A stretch of 64,000 nt of DNA, from the NCBI GenBank assembly GCA_043228905.1, contig JBHGNT010000018.1:6014001-6078000 (forward strand), written 5' to 3'. This DNA is from Azolla caroliniana (Eukaryota; Plantae; Polypodiophyta). Positions within the stretch are counted from its first letter, which is position 1. Each line of letters opens with the position of its first letter. Shown one piece after another: positions 1 through 13,171 of the stretch. The notes below the pieces were generated by a model, which had not been told where the DNA came from, searched no databases, and worked only from the letters and a program-made list of their open reading frames with translations. The position numbers and the translations under genes were made by a program.

Positions 1-54
1 ATACGTAGATCTGCGCAGGCAGAGCTTCTCTTCTTCGCTTTCTGTGACGTGAGA

Positions 55-1908
55 ATGGAGCAGAGATCGTCGACCTCCTCCTTCTCTTCCTCCTCGCGAC
101 CAAATGGCGCCTCTGTGGATTCCCCTTCACCTCTTCTCGCAGAGAGCATCCCTAATTTAGACAGAAACATCCCGAATCCTTCTTTCGACTGTAACACCAT
201 CATGGTTAATGGGCTATCGGGTGTCGCTCGGTTCTGCCGCCCTGCCAGTGTGAGAAGAATGATCAGAGAACCTTCGATGATGGTTAGTCAGACAGTGATG
301 AAGCAACTTGAAGAAGAACAGAGTGATTGGGCCTACTCTAAACCTCTTGTCATTCTTGACCTGATACGGAACCTTGCTTTCATCATGGTTTCTCTTATTG
401 TTCTTTGTATTAGTACCAATGAAAAGCCTCATGCCCCTCTTCGGATATGGATCTGCGGTTATTGTCTTCAAGACATTGTTCATATGATCTGTGTTTCTTC
501 AGAGCTTCGAAAGAGATATAGACAATATCTGACATACCATCATCAACAAAAATCACCACAACAGAAACAGCAACAACTTAATAGGCCGCTGGCTGTTCCT
601 GGTCCTTATAGGAAGTTCCGATCTAGTGAAGAATCACTCGGAGACAATTCACCTGCAGATGAAGAAATAGGAGGCGCTAACACTGGGTTCGTTTCTCCAT
701 TACACCATCTGATTTAATCCCCTCTGTAGTAGGAAATTTAACAATTTGCTAGAGCAGCATTGTATGTTTATGAACTTATAAATACTTATAGAGGTTTCTG
801 TTTTACTTGCTTAAATCATACATCTACATACCCACATATATGGATATTGAAATTCGACATTCATTTTTTACATATATCTATAAATGCATTTGCATATGTA
901 CATGTGTAGAGAACTGACTTACATTTTTACTGGTGGTTCATATTTAGGGGTAAGAATATGGAAACCGAAGATTATGTACTATCTCCATACGTCCATTCTT
1001 GTCTCCCCCATGTCCTCAAGGGGGAACCCTTTTTGATATCCATGTCCTTGCAGATTATGAATGTTACCATTGATATATCTTTTCGCATATCTGATTTATT
1101 TCATATGGGATTGCCGTCTGGCTCCCTTTTACTGCCCCTTCTTATCATGGTATTTAAATTTAATGTTTTTTTCTTAAACATTGGAAAAGTTGGTCTTTGA
1201 CTGCAGTATTTTGATGAATGAAAAGCAATAATAGTTACTTTGCCCCTTGTATTCTGTTTGAAGTTATCTCATAGGAAAACAAGTGTCATTATTAAGGTGT
1301 GCGAGTTTGTAATATGTATGCATCTAGTGTATTCTACTCTTCATGATTTTAAGGAACTTTCCTTTTCCGATTCATATTTGGAAAGTTGTGATCCATAAAT
1401 TGGACCCTTAAACTACATAAATGCAAATTTAGTTTAATTCCAAGTATGTATGAAGCTAACCATTGAAAGCAAATTTAGCATCCACTGCAGTGTAATCGCG
1501 CAAGAAACTGTTGGGTGGCCTTTTGGTTTTGTGAACATAGTTTTAAATCTTAAATCTCTGCATGCTTTTCAGCTTTGCCAAACACTTAGAGTCTATGAAC
1601 AGAATGTTCTCATTTATTTGGTGGATTGTTGGGTTCTATTGGATGACTGCGGGTGGTCAAGTTCTGATACAAGAAGCTCCAAAACTATATTGGTATAATG
1701 CACTAATATCTTTTTGGGTCGGGTTTTGTGTTACTCTATAGAATATATATATGCTTATTTGATTATGTTTTGCAGGTTGTCTGCTGTATTTTTGGCCTTT
1801 GATGTGCTCTTTGTTGTGTTTAGTGTTGCTCTAACATATGCTATTGGATTAGCTGTTTGTTGCTGCTTACGGTGCATCATAGCCTTATTGTATGCAGTGG
1901 CTGATCAG
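55..1908 (+). CDS. Transmembrane N-terminal part of an At1g12760-like RING-H2 E3 ubiquitin ligase (3 exons; RING exons not found)
   Basis: Exons 55-686, 1573-1692, 1776-1908 with GT-AG introns in consistent phase (2, 2, ends 0). Family motifs: [89 protein letters not shown]. The expected downstream EGAS...CCICL RING exons are not visible in the window. Confidence 0.85.
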
Positions 1909-2339
1909 GTATGCTGTTTGTTTGATTGAAATCTTTTTCTTTTACTGTTAATATAAGAGAATAATGTAAGATCATAACGTTACATGCTGCCAAATTTGCG
2001 GATGCATATTCAAACTTTACATTCATATAGCTTGTTTACTTTCCAACATTTGTGGAAACATTCTGGATTTCATAGCCTGCTACTCTGACCTTAAGGTCCA
2101 GTCTTGAGATTATAGCAAGATTGTTGAAAATTTTATCAAATATTCTGATGCCCAGTTGGAAACTCATTTATAACTTTCTTGCTTTGGATCACTTTCTGAA
2201 AGTCAAACAAAGCTAGTGGATGTCGCAATTTTGAGACTATACAAAATCTGCTGATGCATGCTCAAATTTTATTTACATAGCTTTAGTTCTTTCCAAAATC
2301 TGTTTATGAAGTCAGTGTCATAGGCTGTCAAACACTACA

Positions 2340-3271
2340 CCGAAATGGGCCAGGCAATCAATTCCAAATTTCGGTCCTGGATAAGAGATAGTGAGTATGT
2401 TCACTACTACACCTATCCTGGAGTATTATTGTTTGGACCTAATTCTTCTATTTTGGGAGCTGGTTCAAGGACAGATTGGCCAGAGGATATGCAGATTTGG
2501 AAAGAATAGGAAGATCCCCCATGCTTTGTTTCATAAACCATACACTAAGCTGTGACTCTTTGACACTGTGGTTAACCCTGCTATGTTATATGGAATTCAG
2601 ATTTGGGGTCCTAGCCTAGATCAAGAGAGTAGATGTGCGGGTACATATGATGGTTGGAGATCAATGGAGAAGCTACTTATATCTGTGATCCTTTGGATGC
2701 TTTGAGTTAAAGCCTTGGTGCTTGATGAGATTGCCAAAGAGGGAGATGGTAGCACCAACAATTGTAGTTGAACACCTTAGGAAGGTTGATATCCTTCATC
2801 CATGAGAGCTGGACCTACACATGGAGGTACTTCTCAACACAAATCATTGTCTTCTTCACAGGGACCATCCATGTAGATGACCAAATATGCCTTAGTGCTT
2901 TTTTTTATTTGGACAATATCAGAAGTTTCATTGCATTCTTCTTTTCTTTTTTGTATTTTGTGGTAATATTGATATTCATTAATGTATGCGATGAGGTGCA
3001 ATGGGGAAAGTTGCTGTAACCAGAGTAGGTAGAACCTCATATACATCAGGTGCCCACACATATAGAATCATTAACCAATCTGACACTGACAGGCCCATGA
3101 TAAAATGCAATTTGCTTGTCACTCGATCGTATAGAGCAGAGGGAATTCCTAATCCCTGGATGCTCTGAAAGAGCCTCTTATGTGGAGTTGTATCAAAGGC
3201 TTTGTGGAAGTTCGCAAAATCAGTAATGTAGCCTCTTCAAGGCCCTGGCTTATATGTCACCTGGCCAGGAG

Positions 3272-3317
<46 letters not shown>

Positions 3318-4450
3318 AGGCATAAATTTTAGGAATTCACATGAGGTTATACTTGCTTTCAAGAACTCCTAATGAGGATAGGAACATCACCAATGAGGCT
3401 AAGCATAGCTATATTGGGGGATTGCCCATGGATCTCATATAGCCTCTTTGTATAATCATGGCATAGTGGTGGATTATCAATAGGAACAGTCAGTCTGGGC
3501 TCCTTTACATAGGCCATGTCCGGTAGCGCTATCTGTGCTTATCTGTAGGCTATTGAGGCTATGCATCCTCAAAAGCCCTTCTCTTGCAATATGTAGGAGT
3601 CTTGATATGTCATGTTGTTTCCTAGAGATCCCTGGAAGCAGAATTTGAGGAATTGAGGTTTGAAGAATGACCTTGCAACTGGAGAGCACAAACAACAAAG
3701 AAGTTTTGCTCAATATAATCGCTAATCTGCAGAATGCTGAAAGAGCCACAAATATGTAAAAAAAATGATAAGCAAGAAATATTAAGGAATTGCAACACTG
3801 ATGAAGGGTTGAAGGTGTAACAAATAAGATGAGGAACTTCATGTTATTTGCCAAAGAGGGTTTGGTTTAGGCAGCATTTTGTCCTAAGGAAGTTGGTGCC
3901 AGTTTCATCCGGAAATAATCTAATCAACTGACTTATTTGGGAGGAATAAAGTGTAAGTTGGGGTACCTTCCTATGGCAGTTGATAGATGTGGGAGGAAGA
4001 TTATGGATGCAGATCTTCAATAAAAGGCTGAAGCTTGCGCAACTCATTGCATTCGTCTCTAGTTAGGTTTTCTGGACACAATCTTTATCAACACCTTCTT
4101 GGAGAACACTTGCTTCTGTGTTTCAGCAAAAAGTTGTGCATTGGCTCCATGACTGGTTCTGCTCTCATGTATTAACTGTGTGCCCTCATTTTGCAGTCAA
4201 ATTTGCTCTCTCTCAGCTTCGCGTATTCTCTGTGAAGTTCTACTTGGTGCTAAAATGACCACAATTCAGCTGCACCTCTCTTGGGTGCTAGTTTTTGCAC
4301 AACGTTTTAGGTGCACATCTTCTGGATTCTAGTATTGTTATGTCTTTACTATAGCCTATTGTATGTGGCCATTGTGTCTTTTTGTAATTTGATGTGTCCG
4401 CCAGAATTAAAACTATGGAGGTTCTTAGGAAGTTTTGGTATAGTGGATAT
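2340..4450 (-). mobile_element. Highly degenerate non-LTR retrotransposon (LINE) remnant
   Basis: Minus-strand translation near 3180-3228 gives ITDFANFHKAFDTTPH, matching the LINE RT motif F.DF.KAFD. Many stops; boundaries approximate. Confidence 0.5.
3274..3315. repeat. (AC)n microsatellite
   Basis: About 20 perfect AC units seen directly. Confidence 0.95.
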
Positions 4451-5264
4451 AATTTGATGTCCTTCAGAGTTAGAACCATGGAGATTCTTAGGCAGTTCTG
4501 CTTTTACGCAGAGTTAAGACTGATCAACATATGATATAACATAATGTAACATTACACTCACAAATATAAATAGAGACACAATCAACAATACATCCGCAAA
4601 CATATATGGCCAATAACATAATGTACAGATGTACGAACAATGGTAACATAATCTACAAACATATCAATGACTCAATTAATATAATCGACAATAATAAACA
4701 GACATAACAATGGCCAGAACATCAATAGACATGAACACATTAATAACAAACAATTGTATAACCAAATAACCACAACTGTTATATTATTACATCAAATAGC
4801 TATAACTAGTGACATCAATGGCGATAACTTCATTGATATAACTTGAACATGAATGAATAACATTAAATAGGCATGGCCACATAATAGCAATATCAAGTAA
4901 CATGCATACAACATGAATGGGGATGACCTGAACGTATAACTGCTGAAGAAACGGTTGATCAAAGGTCAATGGGGAATTAATAAAAACTTGGTAGCATTTA
5001 GGCAAATCGAGGGAAAATTAAGAATATTGAGAGCTTTTCCCACCATGCTTTTGGAGATGAACTTCTCACACAGTAAATATAGGTTGTACTATACATATTG
5101 TTTTTTGGAGATATCATTTGCTTCAGCCTTTCACTTTCATGTCTTAATGATCTTTTTGCAGGTTGTCTGGAATATCACGCCTTGCATGCCAAATGTTTTA
5201 TATTGTTTTGCAGTTCTATTGGCTTACATTTTAAATTTTAAATTTGCAGGGTTTTTGGCACAAA

Positions 5265-7460
5265 ATGCTCCGATTGATTCCACTATATATGCTTCTAATT
5301 GCAGAATTCTCATGGTCTTCCTTTGCTAATGCTGCGATGGACAAAGATACTTACGTTCTTAGTGTGGATTCTTCCAATTTCACTCAAGTTGTGCAGCAAC
5401 ATTCTTTTATTGTCATAGAATTTTATGCTCCTTGGTAAGTAAAATGTAATATAGTAAAGCAATTGTGGAAACTGATGAAGAGAATGCATCTGAACTGACT
5501 GCAGTTGCATATTTGACTGAACATATACTGCTAAAAGTTTTTCAGGGGAAGTCAAGTTCTATTTGTTGTTTTTCATGGGAAGTCGAATTCCATTTATTTG
5601 TGGGAAGTTGAATTCTTAGTGTTATGCATGCATCGATGAATCATTAACATGGGTGCATCACAAAAGATTCTTGTGTATGAATGCGTTTGCCTTTATTAGT
5701 GGGGATTCTTGGTATAAAAAAAGCAGTATGTTTTTTGTGATAACGGGAGTATCTAAAATGAGTTACCCTGCCCAAGACCCCAACTCAGATTCTTTTATCT
5801 TTCTATGCGGTGTAGGTGTGGTCATTGTAAGAGGCTTGCTCCTGAGGTATTTCAAATTTCTAGTCGTCCATAAATTTATCATATTTTCCTTAACATAACT
5901 ATACCTCACTTCATCTTTCCAATCTAGTATGAACGAGCTGCAGCTATCCTTAAGACACATGAGCCTGCCATTGTGCTTGCAAAGATTAATGCAAATGAAG
6001 AGACAAACAAAGCCTTGGCAGGCCAATTCAATGTTCGTGGCTATCCAACCTTAAAGATATTTGAGAAAGGAGGATCAATTGTTCGTGATTTCAAAGGCCC
6101 AAGAGATACAGAAGGCATTGTATCATATTTGAAGAAACAAGTTGGCCCACCTTCCATTGAAATCACATCTGTAGAGGAGGGCAGAAAACTTGTTGAAGAA
6201 ACTGACCTTCTTGTTGTAAGTGAAAGAAAGATGACATGTTTAATGCTCATATCTCATACTACTAATTTTTAATTTGTTGCATTGAATTGATGGATTAGGT
6301 GGGGCTGTTCTCATCGTACGAATCTGAAGAGTTCAGAAACTTTACATCTATTGCAAGTGAATTGCGAGCAATGTATGAGTTCCGTCATACATTATTTGCT
6401 AGCTTTTTACCGACAAAATCTTCTACTTTTACTGCTCCTGCAATACGTGTATTCAAGAAATTTGAAGAAAGCTTTAATGATCTGAAGGTATCCTTTACTT
6501 TTCCTTATGTATTAATATGACTTGCCTACCCAGCACTAAGCTTTATGAACAAATACATCACCAGGGGTTTGAAGTTGAGTTCGTAAAGAATTTTCTTCAT
6601 GAAGTGAGTGTTCCTTCAGTTGTATTACTAAACAAAGATCCTGCTCAAAGGAAGTTTGTTTCCCAGATATTTGCAAATCCTCAAGTTTCCAAGGTTAAAA
6701 ATTTCAATACCACCTGTTTTTCTCTTATTTTCTGTACCTTCACTATGCATGCATATTTATGGGACCATATCTTTCACTGCATTTAGCATACAAATTTCTG
6801 TCAGTTGCTTGGATGTACAATATGTAACTGCTATACTTATAGAATCTTTTCTTCCTTTAATTTCTTTTTCTTGTTTGTAGGTATTTTTGTTTTTAGATTC
6901 TGGGAATAAAGGTCATGAGGATGTCGAAGCAGTTTTCAGCGAGCTTGCCAAAGAGCACAAGAGCAAGGGTTTGAGATTCCTTATCGCAGACACTGAATAT
7001 GGAAAGGATGCACTCCAGGTTCTTGATTTTTTATTTGCTTCTTTGTTTATAGTTGATGTTTTATTTTACCATTGTTAAACTTGCTAATTGTTGTGATTGT
7101 TGTGTTTATGTTTACTCTATTCTGCATCCAGTATTTTGGAGTTAGAAAAGGTAAGCTTCCTTCAATTGCGATTCAGGACAAAGATGAGCACAAATACATC
7201 CTTGAGGAAGCTTATCCTGGAAAAATAAGGATGTGGTTCAAGGATTACTTTGTAAGCAGATTTACTCTTATTGGATCCAATTTGTGTATCCTGTTGCATG
7301 TACAAGTGTTTGATCATTGGTATCTATTTTGAGTTCTTGCAGAATGGGAAACTAACTAAATTTGATAGCTCGAAATCTACAGCAGAATATAATTATGAAC
7401 TTGTGAAGGACATGTTCATAGATACGATTGGAGATGTGGTCTTCAGATCTTTGAAAAATG
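5265..7460 (+). CDS. PDIL1: PDIL1-type protein disulfide isomerase module (signal peptide, a, b, b', linker; lacks a' domain and KDEL); N-terminal half of predicted PDI-LCB1 fusion
   Basis: Exons 5265(acceptor at 5250)-5434, 5816-5846, 5928-6215, 6299-6487, 6565-6693, 6881-7018, 7132-7251, 7343-7460; all GT-AG and stop-free. Signal-peptide-like MLRLIPLYMLLIAEFSWSSFANA. Active site IEFYAPW|CGHCKRLAPE is split by a 31-nt exon. Also VRGYPTLKIF, FKGPRDTEGIVSYLKKQVGPPS and VVFRSLKN, matching the exon layout of plant PDIL1. Confidence 0.92.
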
Positions 7461-8166
7461 GTATGTAAATTTTAGATCATTTTCTTCATGTATGCTTGTC
7501 ATTTGAAGGTGAATGGGGTTTAGGTTGATTTTCAGGCTATATGATCATGTGAGTGTTCATACATCCTGTTTGAGCATTTCTTAAATATATTGTTTGTTTA
7601 ACAGATTGACTCTGTATTTGTTTCAATGGGCCCAAGTTTGAAAAGTATTTCGGTAAAGGCTGCAGATAACCATAAAATAGAAATGATGGATTGAAGCCAA
7701 ACTGGCTGAATGATGTTTATGAATACCTATGTTCACATGATTTATTCAAGCTCGGCTGTTCATTTGGTGAATGAATTACTTGATGATGATTTAGATTGAT
7801 CCCAACATTCTTGGTTTTCATGGCATTCACATGTTTTTTCTTTACTTATGCTGAAAATATAATTGCCATATCTTCTTTTTAAACTTAAAAAAATAAAATT
7901 CATTGCCACATTTGCAAACAAGAGGCAGTGCCTCAATTTGCGATTTGCCCATTGATCCCTTAGAATATTTCATTTTACCTGAAATCTATTTCATTTTACC
8001 TAATTTAGATTGATCCCTTAGGATGTTGGAGATTGACCTGAAATGTTGAGATTATAGTGTACTCATTGCTGCTGGATTCTTGTGCTAACTTTAGCAATTT
8101 AGTGAAAAATGGAATGGAAAGATTAGGTTGTGATGGTTTAAGATTTACTTTGATTTATTGTTACAG

Positions 8167-11100
8167 GTCACGTTTTTGTGGAAGTGCTCTTAGTAATTGT
8201 AATTGCATATCTATTGCTTCAGAAAAGTTACCAGCCTGAGAAGCGTCCTTTAACAAAACAGGTAAGTTTGCTGCCAAAACCATCAAGTTTTTGTCTTAAA
8301 TAAGGAAGCATGCCATTTTATTGAACGTGTTTGTTTGATATCATTGCCTTTTATAAGGGGAAATAATAAAGCTGTGTTTTAGGAGAAAGTGATAGTTACT
8401 TGTTAGCATAATGATCTGAAAGCCAAGTATGAGTTTTTTGTTGTGAACATAACATTAAACCTATCTATAAAGAATAAGCTTTACCACTATACTCTTCTCA
8501 CATTATTATTTATGATCATAATTTCAAATGGATGCAAGGTAATCTTTTTTGTGTCCTTTAGCACATGATATATTTGAATTTTCTATTCTTTATTTGGGGA
8601 CTCTTTATTTGATCCTCTATTCCATTTTAATTTAGCCTCCATGATAGCCTTATTTGACACCTTGACTTTCTGACTCTTTATATGAACTGATGCTGTGTAT
8701 TATTGGGATGTTATGAATTTGGTATAAGATCACCTTGAAACAGAAGATTTCATTGGTAGCATATGTTGGGGTAAAAGCCCTAGTTGCCTCTTATTCTGTA
8801 ATTTAAGCTGGCAGCTCACTGCCAACATTGTAATCATGGTGGCAGCTTAATGAGCTTTCTATTCACTTACTTTTTATAATAACAGGGTACTCTGCCTCTC
8901 CAAGGGATCATCTCCTGGTGTGGAGACCCTGTGAAGAGTCAGGGACTTAATTCTAACTTTTTAACTCTCTAAGATGGCAAATTCCCATTTTCTTATTTTT
9001 GGTTTTACACCCTGCTTTGAGGATTTTCCTTCTCTGAGGTGTGTCCTTAGGCTGAATTTTACTTACAGCTGCATGTGTGTCCTCTGTTTTGTTCTCCTTT
9101 ATTTCTTAAATCCCTCAGTTTTTGCATATGCTTTATGACTAAATGTTGTAATGTGTTCAGTTATCAATTGTTATTTGTTTTCTTCTCATTTTGGGGTTCT
9201 CCATCAACTTTATTTAAAAGTAATTAAGATTGGTTAGGTTGGTCTTATGATGATCTTCAATTGCACAGGAAATAGATCAGCTATGTGATGATTGGACACC
9301 TGAACCTCTTCATCCTCCACTCACAAAAGACATGGAAGATGAATCTCCTATTTTAGAGAGGTATGTCCAAAATATTGTTTGCTATGCTCTTAGGAATACA
9401 CTACGAATTTTCAAATTTTTCTCTTTGTTAAAATTTCTGTTTAGTATAGGAATCGTAGTAGTTCCCATCAGTTCTCTTGTTTAATATCCTTTGAGATGGC
9501 AATTATTCATTAAATTTAAAATGTTCGTTTGCATAGTTCTAGGCAACATGGAAGTTTTGAATCTTGCTACGAGCTAGCATAACAATCAGTTTCTTTTTTA
9601 AGCTAAGCAATTTAATTTTGTGATAAAATTAATTGCATACATAATAAGAGAATTAGAAGTTTCTATGACCATGGTTTTCCACTTCTATAAGTTGCACTTA
9701 GTAGCTTCTTGATTGTCGTATTCTGTTTTTTTCTTTCTTGTTATTTTGGCTCAGTGGAGCAGTACCTCGCACTATCATAAATGGAGAAGAAGTTATCAAT
9801 CTCAGTACCGCCAACTACTTAGGATTAATGGGCGACAAAGGAATAGTAGTACGTCTTTTGCTATCCTTTTTCCATATTCTAGTAAGCCCAAGAATTTCTA
9901 TTAATTAATGAAATGGTCTCTGGGTTTTTCAAATTCATCCTCTTGGTCAACATGGAAACAAGAAACTAGTGGTATCTTTTTTACTATGCCTTTTTGGTAG
10001 CTTAATAGGCTTGAAGTGCCATTGGAAGCACAGAAACAGGAGGTATGTGCATATATTGTATGGATTTATATGTTCTGGATTGATTCTTTGCAGGAGGCAT
10101 GTACAAAAACATTAGAGAAGTATGGAGTTGGAGCTTGTGGACCCCGAGGATTCTATGGAACTATTGGTATTTTCAACTCCAAAATTGTTCTCAAATTTGA
10201 GTAATGTAAACGTATGATATTTGTGAATTCTGAAAGAAACTTTACTCTTCTAGATGTTCATCTTGATTGTGAGGCCAAGATTTCACAATTCATGGGGACA
10301 CCTGACTCTATATTGTATTCATATGGCTTGGCTACTGCTGCAAGTACTATTCCTGCATTCTGCAAACGAGGTGATCTTATTTTAGCGTGAGTAGTCTGCA
10401 GCTTTCACTTCTTGCATCATGAAGAAAATTTCTATTAAGTATAGACTGGTTTTCTTTTTGGTTTAGGAAAGTGCTGTATTTGCGTCGTCAATCAATCATT
10501 TATTGTTTCAAATGTGTTGTACTACCCTGTCTGGGCCTTACCCAATGACCGTTATAAGGACTTATTTCTCGCAAATTAGGATTGAAACCCATCTCTCTTG
10601 ACTGTGAAATCAAGAAATTAAAACTGTAGTGGATAAACTAGAAACTACTATTTGGTGCTAGAATCTATCAATTAAACCTAAAGATCCTAAAGCTGCTGTG
10701 GCATCACCTCATATGTGAGTGTTACAACATGGGCAAGTCCAGCACATGATGAGAATGCAACTTTGAGGCACTTCACATCTCATGCACATTGTTCATTTTA
10801 TCAAAGTGGTGATGTGTAACGGATATCCTTGTAATGGTTAACTCCATGTTTAATTGTAAATTGTACCCATGTGTCATTTTCCAATTTGTACTGTTACTAG
10901 TCAGCAGTCCAATGATTGTATTTTTTGTGTATGGATCATGTACAGAAGGAAAGGTGGATGCAAATAAAAACTGTGTTATATCAACAATAACCATCAAACA
11001 ACGAACAAATGATATTACTCAATTTATGTATGTCCATTGTTTCTTCTGGGAATGATACAGTAGCTATTATTGTAAGACATCTATGTTGACATGATTACTG

Positions 11101-12560
11101 TTCGTGAATCATACACTTATTCCTTTCCTATGTCAGAATTTGGTTAATTTTCCAACACACCCTACTTGGAGCATAGCCTGTCTTAACTGCATTTTGATAC
11201 AAAAATTGCATTGTTAGTCAAAAGTCTCATGATGAAAATTTCAGGCTTGAGGGCCATCCACATACAAGACGTCATCATTTTTTTCAGGGATGAAGGTGTT
11301 AATTGGAGTATTCAGAATGGTCTATATTTGTCTCGAAGCACTGTGAAGCTATTCAAGCATAACGATATGTCATCTTTGGAATCTCTACTCGAAGATAATC
11401 ACAAAGAAGATCAACGTAAACGGAAGGCGTTGAATCGTCGTTTTATTGTTGTGGAAGCAATATATCAGGTAATGAGTTTTATCAATTTAACTGTTAGATT
11501 CTCAGTTCTGACCCATCTCTGTTATGACACAGAATTCAGGGAAAATGGCTCCATTGCTGGAGCTCATCCATCTCAAGGAAAAATATCGTTTTAGGCTTCT
11601 TGTTGATGAAAGCAACTCAATTGGTGTTCTTGGAAATACAGGCCGTGGACTAACAGAACACTATAAAGTTTCGGTGAGTTCAACTTCTTAACTTGATTGA
11701 TTCCTACTTTTAGGAGTTGTCACCAATGAATTTGAATGATTGCCACAGGTAGCCAAAGTAGACATTATAACGGCTGCTATGGGCCATGCCTTGGCATCTG
11801 TTGGTGGTTTTTGCACTGGCAGTGCCAAAGTTGTGGATCATCAGGTGCAAGAGAACACTAGTCTTTTATGTACATATATACACAGACATGCTGCAATATA
11901 GATAGAATATTTCCTGAATGCATCAGTCTACTTCTCTGCAGCGTTTAAGTGGTGCAGGATATTGCTTTTCAGCTTCTCTTCCTCCATATGTTGCCACAGC
12001 TTCAATAGCAGCTTTTGAGAGGTTGGAGAAGAATCCCATTCTTCTACGAACCTTACACAATAACATTACAATTTTCAGACAAGGTATAGAGTGCTGGCAT
12101 TTATTTTATGGAACGGAAGGATTTTTCATGTTAAAACACAGTTTTGGGTGCATTGACAGCCTTGCAAGGTATATCTGGGCTTACGATTGAGAGTCATCCA
12201 ATGTCACCATTAGTATTCCTGCAATTGAAACAGGGTTCTGGCTCTTTCAAAGAGGACCGTTTGCTTTTACAAACGATTGCCGATCAGGTAATGTTTTGCA
12301 CCATATTTAAATACATTCACGTATAGAGAAAACCTCTACAATAATCTGGGAATTGTTGACAGATGTTGCACAAGGAATTGGTCTTGGTATCTGTAACTAG
12401 GCGCTCAGTTCTGGATAAGTGCAAGCTGCCTGCCGCATTGACAATAGCTGTTTCTGCTGCTCATACTGAAGCTGATATCCTAGCAGCTGCTGAATCATTG
12501 ATGAAAGTAGCGGCCCTAGTTCTCGAGTCTAGCTGTAATGGCACTGACTTGGTGAAATAA
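8167..12560 (+). CDS. LCB1: Serine palmitoyltransferase subunit LCB1 (long-chain base biosynthesis protein 1), from its TM helix to the stop; C-terminal half of predicted fusion
   Basis: Exons 8167-8261, 9269-9360, 9755-9848, 10094-10166, 10254-10386, 11288-11468, 11533-11673, 11749-11844, 11942-12083, 12160-12287, 12363-12560; phases consistent, no stops. Motifs [96 protein letters not shown] has no PLP lysine, as expected for LCB1. Confidence 0.95.
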
Positions 12561-13171
12561 AGATGCTAAACTAAATTTTGCACATTCTTAAGCTTCTTGT
12601 AGTGACATTTTATGGAAAATTTGTCATAAAAAAAATTTGGTCTAGAATCACTGTTTTTACACCAAGAAGAACCTGTAGGTTATTAAAATATGAACTATTT
12701 ATTGTAACTTGTCTATTGACTGAACCATCTTAGTTGTTTCCTTTAACCATTTTTTGTGGGTTATTTTTACCTCACATTGAGGTTTCCCACCAGTATTCAG
12801 AAAAAACCCGGTGTATTTTTCATTTATATTCAAGAATCACCACGGATGTGAATATTGTTCTAGAATTATAAGCTTTAATAAAATACTTTTAATGAAGGTT
12901 TATTGGCTTTTGGGGAAAGTTGCTTTTTTGAACAACTGTCGGCAATTGTTCAATAATAACATCGTGTTTTCCCAATGTCTATACAATTTACCGTACTATA
13001 GACACAAAGCTTGTGTTTTGACATTGTTTCCTTCTGTTGTTTACTAGTGATGATAAGTATGGAGACTAAATGATTAGAACACTTGTGTTCTTAAAGATGG
13101 AAGTTATTTGAGCCAATATTATCAAATGAATGATGGGAAAAAATGCACATATCCTCTTAAGTTTACTAGAT

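Noticed and set aside
958-5005. Many short 60-125 aa ORFs between the exons
   Set aside because: AT-rich intronic or LINE-remnant frames without protein-like motifs.
7600-8166. Independent LCB1 first exon with its own ATG
   Set aside because: The ATG near 7626 leads to a phase-0 donor or a stop, the ATG near 8114 would need a ~40-nt intron, and the phase-1 open stretch has no ATG. No convincing start exon.
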